A program made the translations under genes and the position numbers. Below, one piece after another: positions 18,536-27,534 of a DNA stretch of 64,000 nucleotides. This DNA is from a virus (taxonomy: Duplodnaviria > Heunggongvirae > Uroviricota > Caudoviricetes): the IMG/VR virus record IMGVR_UViG_2799112923_000001, one strand, 5' to 3'. The notes below the pieces were generated by a model, which saw only the letters and a program-made list of their open reading frames with translations, was not told where the DNA came from and made no database searches. Positions within the stretch are counted from its first letter, which is position 1. Each line of letters starts with the position of its first letter.

Positions 18536-19642
18536 ATGTTATTAGAAGAAGCAAAAAAGATTTTAAATAATCGTGGCTTTTTACTAGAAGATGAAAAATC
18601 TAATACAAAGTCATTGGTGTTTAAATTTTGGAAAACTAGAAAAGAAGGTAAAACATTATCAAATGAAGAAGCAGAACAATTATTAAATGCTCCTGATTTT
18701 GATACAGTAGTTGACCCCAAATACCAAAATTTCATAAAGTCTAGTTTGAATAAAGTATTGGGTAATGCTCCAGTAAAGACTGCTACAAAGAAACAGCCTA
18801 AAGGATTATTTGGTTCTGTTGAAATGTATGGCAAACCAAATTTCGCAGTATTGGATGTACCAGTAAACACTGAAACAAATGCTAAGGAAGAAAAACAAGA
18901 AGAATTAAAAGAAATCGTTAATAAGTATATTGCCGAATATAATAACATAAAAGATAGATTTAAGGCATTAAGCTCCGAAAGTATAACTGATGATAATTTG
19001 GGCGAATATAACAAATTGGTATATGATGCTTATTTAAATTCTTTTAATGAAAACGCCTTCCAAGAATTAAGACCTTATTTCATACATGTTACTCCAATCT
19101 ATACTGCTAGAGGTCATGAATTTTTATTTAATCATACCACAGATGTACAATATCAAAAAGTTTGTGATAAACTAAAGAAGTATAAATTGAAATATGACGA
19201 TTATGTGAAAATAAAAGAATTATTGCTAACTACTCTTACAGACATGAATTATAATGTTAAAACAGAAGGTATTAATTTTGTTGTTAAAGGCGAACATTGT
19301 TCAGTAAAAATCTTTACACCAACTTGTAAAGATAAAACAAGAACTGTAATGGAATTGAAATTAGATAGTGGTGTACAGTTTGATGTTGAAAACTATATTG
19401 TAGATACATTTGGTGAAGATGCTCTATACAAAAAAGATTATGCTGTATTTACTTTCGCTCGTTTGAGAGCCGCTATTGACTATATGGATGAAATATACGA
19501 TGGCTTGAAAGCACAAAAAGATAAAGACGATAAAAAGAAAGCTGAAGATTTTAAGAAATGGTATGACAGTTTGAGTGATATTGCCAGAGACCAGTATAAC
19601 TATTATCGTGAACACCCAAATGGAAACTGGTCAGGAGACTAA
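18536..19642 (+). CDS. Late protein with EAxxILxxxGY leader
   Basis: MLLEEAKKILNNRGFLLE. Confidence 0.7.
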   Translation: MLLEEAKKILNNRGFLLEDEKSNTKSLVFKFWKTRKEGKTLSNEEAEQLLNAPDFDTVVDPKYQNFIKSSLNKVLGNAPVKTATKKQPKGLFGSVEMYGKPNFAVLDVPVNTETNAKEEKQEELKEIVNKYIAEYNNIKDRFKALSSESITDDNLGEYNKLVYDAYLNSFNENAFQELRPYFIHVTPIYTARGHEFLFNHTTDVQYQKVCDKLKKYKLKYDDYVKIKELLLTTLTDMNYNVKTEGINFVVKGEHCSVKIFTPTCKDKTRTVMELKLDSGVQFDVENYIVDTFGEDALYKKDYAVFTFARLRAAIDYMDEIYDGLKAQKDKDDKKKAEDFKKWYDSLSDIARDQYNYYREHPNGNWSGD

Positions 19643-19666
19643 TAAATCACAGTTCTTAAAAATGAG

Positions 19667-19692
19667 AAATCGCCCACACCGGGCGATTTTTT
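19667..19692 (+). terminator. Rho-independent terminator
   Basis: AAATCGCCC..GGGCGATTTTTT. Confidence 0.75.
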
Positions 19693-19751
19693 GTTATATT
19701 TGATTTGTATAAATATATTCCAAATAAATTAAACATTATTAAAGGAAAAAT

Positions 19752-21650
19752 ATGGCAGAACATAATTATGGTGCGGATAGCATAGATTTTTTAAAAGGGC
19801 TAGAAACAGTTAGAAAAAGACCTGGTATGTACATTGGTGCGGTATCAGGCGACCCATCCGATGGTTTGTATCGTTTGTTTAGAGAAGCATTAGACAACTC
19901 CATTGACGAATATCTAGCAGGGTATAACAAACAAATTTATGTTTTTTATGATTCAAAAACAAAGAGAATTACAGTAGTAGATAATGGGCGAGGTATTCCA
20001 GTTGGTTGGAATGAAAAGGCTCAAATGGATTCTCTAACACTTGTATTCACTCAATTACACGCAGGTGGTAAGTTTGACAAACAGAACTATGCCACATCTT
20101 CAGGCTTGAATGGTATCGGTCAAAAGGCTATTGCGGCTTTGAGTAAGACATTACAAGTATGGTCTAACAACAGTAAAGATAATTGGTTCTACACACAAAC
20201 ATTTGAAAAGGGTGTAGCCACAAGTGATGTTACTCGTTGTAGATTGCCTGAAGAATATAAATCTTTGATTAAGAAGAAGGGCACCGTTGTTACTTGGATT
20301 CCTGACGAAACCATCTTTACAGATAGTATTGAATTGGATTTGCCACGATTGAAAAGAGAAATCAAAGATATTCAATATCTTTGCCCTGGCTTACATATTC
20401 ACACAAACATTGATGGTGAAGAAACCGAATATTTCAGTGAAAAGGGTTTGGAAGAATTAGTATGCCCAGACAATAATTCGGATAATTTGTTCACATACAA
20501 GGACGATTACACAGAAGTTGCACTCAATTTCACAAAGAAAGATGGCAATACATTTAGAAGTTTCGTCAATGTATGTTATACAAATTTGGGTGGTACACAT
20601 TTGAATGGTTTGAAGAAAGCCATTTGTAATGTAGTAAAAGAAAACTCAAAGAAGAAAATTTTGAACGATGATATTATGGAAGGTATCGTTGGTGCTATTC
20701 ACCACAAGATGGCTGAACCACAGTATCAGGGACAAACAAAGAACGAATTAACAAATACTCCAGTAGAAAAAGAAATCATTGAAAAACTCTCTGCTCCATT
20801 AGCAAAGTATTTCCGTAAGAATAAAGAACTCTTAAATCGCATAATTACCTATGCTGAAAAGATGTTGGAACAGAAAGAAAAGATGAAGGCTTCCAAAGAC
20901 TTATTGAAGGGATTGAAAACACTAAATGCAGGTAGTAGATACATTAGTGATAAATTCTTGGATGCTGATAGACGCAAACACAAGAACCCTAAAGATTTGG
21001 AAATGTTCATTGTAGAAGGTGATTCTGCTGGTGGTCACTTCAAGAACGCAAGAGAATCATTCCAGGGTGAATTGAAACTTCGTGGTAAGATTATTAACGC
21101 AGCTAAAGCAACACCTGAAGAATTGTTTGGTAAGACAACAAAGAAGGGCGAAGCCAAATGCGAAGGCAACAGAGAAATCAAAGACCTCGTAGCAGCATTG
21201 GGTTGTGGTATTCAAGACGATTACGATGAAAGTAAATTGAGATTTGGAAAAGTAATTCTATTGACTGATGCTGATACTGATGGCGGTCACATTTCCAATT
21301 TGATTACTGCTTTCTTTATTAACTATATGCCTGACTTGATTAAGAACGGACACTTGTATATCATTGATGCTCCATTGTTCGTAGCAAATGGTTCAAAAAC
21401 AAAGGTCTATGGAATGACACGAAAAGAAGTAGACCAAAAAATGAAAACAGCCAAATGTAATGATTACACAGTTACTCGTTTAAAGGGTTGGGGTGAATGT
21501 TCATCAGACCAATTATCCGATTTGTGTTTAAATCCAAATTCTCGTAAACTCATTCAATTACAATGGAATGATTTAACTGAGAAAGCATGTGAAAATACTA
21601 TGGGTGAAGATACTGCATTCCGTAAAGAATTGTTGGGAATTTCAAAGTAA
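19752..21650 (+). CDS. Type IIA DNA topoisomerase subunit B (GyrB/ParE-like)
   Basis: VRKRPGMYIG, EALDNSIDE, DNGRGIP, VEGDSAGG, LRGKIIN, TDADTDGGHI. Confidence 0.95.
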   Translation: MAEHNYGADSIDFLKGLETVRKRPGMYIGAVSGDPSDGLYRLFREALDNSIDEYLAGYNKQIYVFYDSKTKRITVVDNGRGIPVGWNEKAQMDSLTLVFTQLHAGGKFDKQNYATSSGLNGIGQKAIAALSKTLQVWSNNSKDNWFYTQTFEKGVATSDVTRCRLPEEYKSLIKKKGTVVTWIPDETIFTDSIELDLPRLKREIKDIQYLCPGLHIHTNIDGEETEYFSEKGLEELVCPDNNSDNLFTYKDDYTEVALNFTKKDGNTFRSFVNVCYTNLGGTHLNGLKKAICNVVKENSKKKILNDDIMEGIVGAIHHKMAEPQYQGQTKNELTNTPVEKEIIEKLSAPLAKYFRKNKELLNRIITYAEKMLEQKEKMKASKDLLKGLKTLNAGSRYISDKFLDADRRKHKNPKDLEMFIVEGDSAGGHFKNARESFQGELKLRGKIINAAKATPEELFGKTTKKGEAKCEGNREIKDLVAALGCGIQDDYDESKLRFGKVILLTDADTDGGHISNLITAFFINYMPDLIKNGHLYIIDAPLFVANGSKTKVYGMTRKEVDQKMKTAKCNDYTVTRLKGWGECSSDQLSDLCLNPNSRKLIQLQWNDLTEKACENTMGEDTAFRKELLGISK

Positions 21651-22132
21651 TGAAATTTGATACTGTTATAAGTAATCCACCATATACGAATACGAATAAG
21701 TTTTGTAGAGTTATCAAACAGATAGAATGTGATAACAATATAATTCTTGTTCCACTTTCGTCTATGCGTGATGTTACTTATAAATCAGCTGACTGGGTAG
21801 ATTTTCCTGAAATCGGTATTGGAAACATTCACATTATAGATTTGAAAGGAAATATAAATGAATACTTTTCACACAATATGGCACCGTTTTGGTCTAGTGA
21901 TGAAAAAGACGAATGTTTCATTGAATACTTTCATGCGAAAAAGATTGTAGAAAAATCTGACTCACGAATGAGAATTAAAACTGAATGGAAAGACCGAGTT
22001 CAAAAATTCATAGAATGTTTTGCTAAATCTAGTTTGTATAAAATCTATGATGGTAAAGTTTATACAAAATGTTTTCAAAGAGATGGTATAAACAAACTGT
22101 GGGAATTATATTGTTCAGGTCAATTAAAATAA
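21650..22132 (+). CDS. Short protein with an amino-methyltransferase motif IV (truncated MTase?)
   Basis: MKFDTVISNPPY; only 160 aa, no FxGxG motif. Confidence 0.5.
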   Translation: MKFDTVISNPPYTNTNKFCRVIKQIECDNNIILVPLSSMRDVTYKSADWVDFPEIGIGNIHIIDLKGNINEYFSHNMAPFWSSDEKDECFIEYFHAKKIVEKSDSRMRIKTEWKDRVQKFIECFAKSSLYKIYDGKVYTKCFQRDGINKLWELYCSGQLK

Positions 22133-22139
22133 AAAATTA

Positions 22140-22169
22140 AATTCCGGGAGTAAAATCTCGGAATTTTTT
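22140..22169 (+). terminator. Rho-independent terminator
   Basis: AATTCCGGGA..TCTCGGAATTTTTT. Confidence 0.65.
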
Positions 22170-22183
22170 ATTATATTTAAAAT

Positions 22184-22267
22184 ATGAATGATAGTGATGC
22201 AGCAAAAATAGCAATAGTGATTTCTATAATAATAATTATCCTAATGTTGAGATGTTATGGATTTTAA
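22184..22267 (+). CDS. 27-aa hydrophobic peptide
   Basis: MNDSDAAKIAIVISIIIIILMLRCYGF; ATG 6 nt after TATATT; overlaps the next gene. Confidence 0.45.
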   Translation: MNDSDAAKIAIVISIIIIILMLRCYGF

Positions 22268-22688
22268 TAAGAAAGTAGACCAGTTTAAAATTGTATTAAG
22301 TAGTAAAATGAATAAAAGGGAAGATTATTTTAATCCTATCTATGAAGATTACGATAGTGATTCGGATAGTTATTCCATAAAATTTTCTGTTTGCCCAACA
22401 TTCGGTTATGAAATTTCAACATTTGATGTGAAATTCACAGTAATGTATGATTTAATTTATTCAGGAAATATAGGTATTCCAATTCAATTTAGTTCTATCG
22501 GTCCAATGCGTAAAAGGTTTACAAAAAGTTACATTGAGAACTATACAGAAACTAACGAAATTTTGAAAGATTTTATAGAAATTCACAAAGAATGGATGGA
22601 TATAAAAAACGAAAAAAATAAAGAACTCAAAATGAAGAAATTGGAAAGTTTTATTAAAATCCACGAAATTGAAGCGGATTTTAACTAA
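22257..22688 (+). CDS. DF-tail family hypothetical protein
   Basis: Ends IEADFN. Confidence 0.7.
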   Translation: MDFNKKVDQFKIVLSSKMNKREDYFNPIYEDYDSDSDSYSIKFSVCPTFGYEISTFDVKFTVMYDLIYSGNIGIPIQFSSIGPMRKRFTKSYIENYTETNEILKDFIEIHKEWMDIKNEKNKELKMKKLESFIKIHEIEADFN

Positions 22689-22754
22689 TGTAAACTATTA
22701 TTTACACAGTTTTAACAAAAAACCATTGACAGTTTCAATGGTTTTTTCTATATT
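22689..22754 (+). promoter_or_regulatory. Sigma70-type promoter overlapping a hairpin, with upstream palindrome
   Basis: TTGACA (22726)-17 bp-TATATT (22749); TGTAAA-N6-TTTACA at 22689-22706; hairpin AAAAAACCATTGA..TCAATGGTTTTTT. Confidence 0.8.
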
Positions 22755-22786
22755 TAATTATGTAAAAGATAACAAAAGAGGTAACT

Positions 22787-23266
22787 ATGAATCTTCAGCA
22801 AGTAAACCATTTCATTATGACTAACACCAACATTGAAACTCTTGACCTTATCATTCAGGAAGCCAAAGAACGAATCCATAAGCTGGCTAACAAGAAGAAT
22901 AAGAAGGTAGTCAAGCCGAAGAAGTGTTTGATTAAGTTTGTAGAAAAGAAAGAAGAAAATGTTTGGGATAAGATGACGGACAAGCAGAAGATTGCCCATA
23001 TCAAGAATCTTATGAATAATGGTAGTGGTAAGAAGAACCCGCTCACCGGTAACAAACTTTTTAATGACGCAGAAGAAATTGGTGATATTGGCGACCGATT
23101 TATGAAGGTTGTTAATCGTCTTGAAAACCACTGGTACAATGACGATTGTGGTCCTTCTGCCGCATTTGACGATTTCATTATTTCTTACCAGGATGACATT
23201 ATGAAGGACATTCTCAATGGTAGTAAGATTAACGAAATGGTGAAAGAATATAAGGAATGTATGTAA
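22787..23266 (+). CDS. Early hypothetical protein
   Basis: SD GAGGT; first gene after a strong promoter. Confidence 0.75.
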   Translation: MNLQQVNHFIMTNTNIETLDLIIQEAKERIHKLANKKNKKVVKPKKCLIKFVEKKEENVWDKMTDKQKIAHIKNLMNNGSGKKNPLTGNKLFNDAEEIGDIGDRFMKVVNRLENHWYNDDCGPSAAFDDFIISYQDDIMKDILNGSKINEMVKEYKECM

Positions 23267-23709
23267 TGATTGAATGGCCGCATTTTTTCAATAAGACAGC
23301 ACTATTAAATGAGTTGCCCATATATGCGGCATTCTTTACAGAAATTGATTCAACTGATAATTTCTCCACAAAGTCAAGTTATAAAACACAACAAATAACT
23401 AGCAGAACATGGTATTATAGTTTGTTTGGAAATGCTTTTTTGGGTGGTAAACCAGTATTCGTTTATTCACCAACAGAAGTAGTTCTTTACGATTATAGCA
23501 ACCTTGCCAAAACAGAAATTACTAATGAGAATTTGGATAAATTTGCTGATAGTTATGGTGTTATTATCCACGATTTGACAAAAGAAAACCTGAGTGTTTC
23601 TACGATTAAAGAAATACTAGCAAACAACGCAAAAGCAGCTATCCAAGCAGAAAAGATATTAAAACAAATTGAAGCACTAAAAGCAGTAAACGAAGATTTT
23701 GATGATTAA
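23257..23709 (+). CDS. DF-tail family hypothetical protein
   Basis: Ends VNEDFDD. Confidence 0.7.
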   Translation: MYVMIEWPHFFNKTALLNELPIYAAFFTEIDSTDNFSTKSSYKTQQITSRTWYYSLFGNAFLGGKPVFVYSPTEVVLYDYSNLAKTEITNENLDKFADSYGVIIHDLTKENLSVSTIKEILANNAKAAIQAEKILKQIEALKAVNEDFDD

Positions 23710-23726
23710 ATAAAGGAAGATTTTGT

Positions 23727-24119
23727 ATGACATATCAAGAATTTATTAAGCCCATTATTGAATTGGCAGAGAAATATGGTTGGCAAAAAGAAACCTCAAC
23801 CAATAATGGTACTGACATGTATTGTATCAATACTGGTAAGACCAGATCATTATTCTATTTCTATCCAGGCGAACTAAATCGTGGAAATGTTTTAGTATGG
23901 GGCCGAGCCAGGGGTTTGCAGGAATATGTTGGTGTGAAAGGTTACCATTTTGTTTCAAAATGTGATGAAGATATAAGTTTGGTTTCTTATGACGAATTTA
24001 ACATTGAACTATTTGAAAATTGGATTAAAAACCAAACAGAAGTAGTGGCTCGTCATGACAAGTATCTTAAGGACAAAGAAATTAAACGCAACGAAAAGAA
24101 GGCTAATCAAGATTTCTAA
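23727..24119 (+). CDS. DF-tail family hypothetical protein
   Basis: AEKYGWQ; ends ANQDF. Confidence 0.75.
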   Translation: MTYQEFIKPIIELAEKYGWQKETSTNNGTDMYCINTGKTRSLFYFYPGELNRGNVLVWGRARGLQEYVGVKGYHFVSKCDEDISLVSYDEFNIELFENWIKNQTEVVARHDKYLKDKEIKRNEKKANQDF

Positions 24120-24496
24120 TGGTAGATTACGAAAAAACATTATCGGACATAAGAAAATCCAATGAAGCCATTGATGAACTATTCTTACATTTTGGCGAGA
24201 AATATGGATTAAAAACTTATGGTATTCATGGAGATATGTGGTATCCCCAGATTAGAAGTGATACAATGCAAGAATACAGCAGAAACAAAGACCATAACTA
24301 TTTCGCAATTTGGTGTAGTGCTACTGATTCATTTTTTTATTCATATCGTTTAGGAAAAAGCGATGCTTATAAGAACAGAATTTGGGGAGATAATCAGGTA
24401 AAAGATTTGGATAAAATAATTGCTGGTTTTGTTCAAAGATTAAAAGAATGTAAAGAGCAAGAAAATTTGGATAAACTAGAAGAGGATTTCAAATGA
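24119..24496 (+). CDS. DF-tail family protein (QIRS subfamily)
   Basis: GEKYGLK, PQIRSD; ends LEEDFK. Confidence 0.75.
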   Translation: MVDYEKTLSDIRKSNEAIDELFLHFGEKYGLKTYGIHGDMWYPQIRSDTMQEYSRNKDHNYFAIWCSATDSFFYSYRLGKSDAYKNRIWGDNQVKDLDKIIAGFVQRLKECKEQENLDKLEEDFK

Positions 24497-24633
24497 TAGA
24501 CGAAGATTTTTGGGAAGGAAAAGAACTACCTGAAGATTGGTGGAATTGTCCTGAGATTTTAGAAAAACTTTTTAATGAGATGATGGCGAGAGATAAAATC
24601 AAAGAGGATTTTAACGATGAAGAAACTGAGTGA
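24493..24633 (+). CDS. Small 46-aa DF-tail-like protein (not in the ORF track)
   Basis: ATGA overlap; MIDEDFWEGKELPEDWW...DKIKEDFNDEETE. Confidence 0.6.
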   Translation: MIDEDFWEGKELPEDWWNCPEILEKLFNEMMARDKIKEDFNDEETE

Positions 24634-24979
24634 TTATTATGGTTCACCGGTTGAAATTGAAGATTTGTTTGAATCTATCGCAGCCAAGCATGGATTGTAT
24701 TTTTATAAAAAGCAAGAGTTCTTACCCACTCAAATACGAACAAATTCTATTTCCGAAATTTTAAATAATCCATTTGATAATGGTGATTTTTATGTAGTAA
24801 TTGGGTATAGTAAAAAATTTAGACTTTCATATAGAATTGGAAAACTATGTGAAAATGTTGATTTGGATGAAAATTTAACAATAGGTCAGTTTGAAGAAAT
24901 TATCAATGTTCTTCTTATAAAATATAAAGAAGCAAAGATTGAACACAAACTAGAAAACATTAAGGAAGATTTTGAATGA
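24617..24979 (+). CDS. DF-tail family protein (QIRS subfamily)
   Basis: AKHGLY, TQIRTN; ends IKEDFE. Confidence 0.75.
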   Translation: MKKLSDYYGSPVEIEDLFESIAAKHGLYFYKKQEFLPTQIRTNSISEILNNPFDNGDFYVVIGYSKKFRLSYRIGKLCENVDLDENLTIGQFEEIINVLLIKYKEAKIEHKLENIKEDFE

Positions 24980-25341
24980 TTGATGGAAAAGCAATACTAA
25001 AAGATATATCACCTTCAAACGATTTAACTAGACAATTATTGCTACAGTTAAGTGACCTATTTGGGTTATATCATTTTGGTATTACCAATATGTTTTTACA
25101 TGATACCCAAATTAGAAGTGATGATTTGAATGAAACAAACCCACTGAATTTTTTTAGGGTTTATGCTTCGGCTCATGTATTTTATTATGAATATAATTTT
25201 GGAAATGGTCATCATAGTAATAAGATTGAAGAAAGTTGTACAGTAGACGAATTAACTAATATGATTGGTGAATTTGTTTTACAGTATAAAACAAATAAAA
25301 TGAATTTTGAACTACACACCATTAAAGAGGATTTTAAATGA
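24976..25341 (+). CDS. DF-tail family protein (QIRS subfamily)
   Basis: DLFGLY, TQIRSD; ends IKEDFK. Confidence 0.75.
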   Translation: MIDGKAILKDISPSNDLTRQLLLQLSDLFGLYHFGITNMFLHDTQIRSDDLNETNPLNFFRVYASAHVFYYEYNFGNGHHSNKIEESCTVDELTNMIGEFVLQYKTNKMNFELHTIKEDFK

Positions 25342-25586
25342 CACTTAATATAACAGATTATATCTTGCTTTATGACCCGGAATTTATGTTATACATTAAA
25401 GAGCAGGGGTTATCTAATTTGTTAGATGATATTGGTGCTAATAAATCTATATTATTGAAGTATCGTAAAGAATATGATATGAAATTGGAAATCAATAAAG
25501 ATTTTGATATTCCAATAAACGAACCTACAAAAATAACAAAGTTTAAAGAACGATATTATAAGGCCAAAAATGATAGTACAAAATAG
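25338..25586 (+). CDS. Hypothetical protein with internal DF motif
   Basis: ATGA overlap; LEINKDFDI internal. Confidence 0.6.
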   Translation: MTLNITDYILLYDPEFMLYIKEQGLSNLLDDIGANKSILLKYRKEYDMKLEINKDFDIPINEPTKITKFKERYYKAKNDSTK

Positions 25587-25962
25587 TCCAATATATTTGC
25601 CATACACAGAATTAAAAAAGTACCAACAGTTATTAAAAGATTATGGGTATGAATTAGGTATAGATTATAATAAAAATGAATACTATTACTATGACCGAAA
25701 ATTGTATGCCATGATTGACCATAAAAGTTGGGGTTTTTGTGTAAATATCGTTCCTTTATGTTTTGACAAAAAACATCGTTTACAAGTTATCACATATACT
25801 GAAAAAACGATTATTTCTAACAAAGAATTTACTTCTTTTAAGTGTTACTGCGACTATGTAGAAAATGAAACTGATTGTATAAAGAAAATTATAAACCAAA
25901 TTGGACTATTAAAGAAAGAAAAAAATTACAGAGAAATAGAAAAGATAAAATTTGATTTCTAA
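25570..25962 (+). CDS. DF-tail family hypothetical protein
   Basis: KDYGYE; ends IKFDF. Confidence 0.7.
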   Translation: MIVQNSPIYLPYTELKKYQQLLKDYGYELGIDYNKNEYYYYDRKLYAMIDHKSWGFCVNIVPLCFDKKHRLQVITYTEKTIISNKEFTSFKCYCDYVENETDCIKKIINQIGLLKKEKNYREIEKIKFDF

Positions 25963-25977
25963 GTTTCAAAAATAAAT

Positions 25978-26003
25978 AAAATCCGGGTTGACCGGATTTT
26001 TTT
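25978..26003 (+). terminator. Rho-independent terminator
   Basis: AAAATCCGG..CCGGATTTTTTT. Confidence 0.75.
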
Positions 26004-26059
26004 GTTATATTTTATGTGTTATAAATAGTTGGTAAAATTTTTTACATTAGCGAGATAAT

Positions 26060-27533
26060 ATGAAAAAGAAAACCGAGATAGATAATTTTTTTGAAAATGA
26101 ATCAGATGGAAAAACATTAGGAACAGATCAAATGCTCCATAAGAATATGGAGGTTTACCGGATTAGATGTTTTGGAAGATAGAGCATTAGCGGATTATCG
26201 TGATGGTTTAAAGCCAGCACAAAGACGCCTAATGTGGACTGCCAAAGAACTAAAAGCAACATGGGATAATAAGACAGTTAAATCCGCAAGAATTACCGGT
26301 GATTGTATGGGTAAATATCACCCACACGGTTCCGCTTATGGTTCTTTGGTAACAATGGCAACGAGTGAATATCCAATTATTCATGGACAAGGTAACTGGG
26401 GTTCATTAACAGATGGTCCTGCTGCCGATAGATATACAGAAGCCAAGATTTCTCAAATTGGTATGAAGATGTTGGAATGTATGGATGTTGCAGACTACAT
26501 TCCAAACTATACAGGTGAATTTAAAGAACCTATTGTATTGACTACACGATTACCAAATTTCTTTATTAACGAATGTGCTGGTATTGCCGTTGGTTTGAAT
26601 TGTAATATTCCAGCTCACAATTTGAAAGAAGTTGTTGAAGCCATGAAGGTTGTAGTCAAGAAGGGCAAACAAACTAAAATCAAAGATATTATGAAGTATC
26701 TTAAAGGACCTGATTACAAGTATGGTGGTAAAATTCTTTCTACACCAGAAGAAATTCAACAGGTCTATGAAAAGGGTGAAGGAACAATTAAGTACGAATG
26801 TGATTACACATTAGTCAAAGACAAGAAAAATGTTTTGTTGACTGTTACTGGTTATTGCCCAGGTTTCTCACCAAATACATTCATTACCAAAATGATTTCA
26901 ATGATTGACGATGGTACTGTATTGTATGTAAATGATAGTTCTACAAAGAATGAACCTTGTAAACTAGAAGTCTCTATTAAGAATGAAGCCGATTTTGAAT
27001 CCAAAATCCACAAGCATTTGATTAAAAGCGAAACATACAGATACTATGCTATTGAACGCACAAAGTCCAAGGATATTACCAAGGATGTTGACACCACAGT
27101 CATTATTCCAAATATGATTGAGTTAATGAACAAGTGGATTGATTGGCGAAAAGAAGTTGAAACCAAAATGTGCGAAGTAGAGAAGAATATCTACGAGGAC
27201 AAGAAACAAAAAATGAATTGGCGATTGATTGCTTCCCAAAATCTTAAAGTAGTTGTTAAGGGATTGGAAGAAAAAGACCCAGTAAAATATATTGCCGAAA
27301 ATATGCCTGGTATCAAGGGTAAAACATTTGCTATGGATGCCGCTAAATACATTTGCGACCAAAAAGTGATTAGTTTACAGAAAATTGACCAGGATAAAAT
27401 CAAGAAAGATATTACCGATTTCGGAAACCATATTAAATCATTGGAAAATGATATTGCCCATATTGAAAATGTGGTGCTTCGTGAATTGGATAATCTTAAA
27501 CCATTCTACAAAGAAAGAATGTTGAAGGTATAA
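26060..27533 (+). CDS. Type IIA topoisomerase subunit A (GyrA/ParC-like, no C-terminal pinwheel); +1 frameshift at 26159
   Basis: ATG 26060 frame reads ...NMEVY then CGG; +1 frame continues GLDVLEDRALADYRDGLKPAQRR, GKYHPHG and catalytic AADRYTE. Confidence 0.9.
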
Positions 27534-27534
27534 T

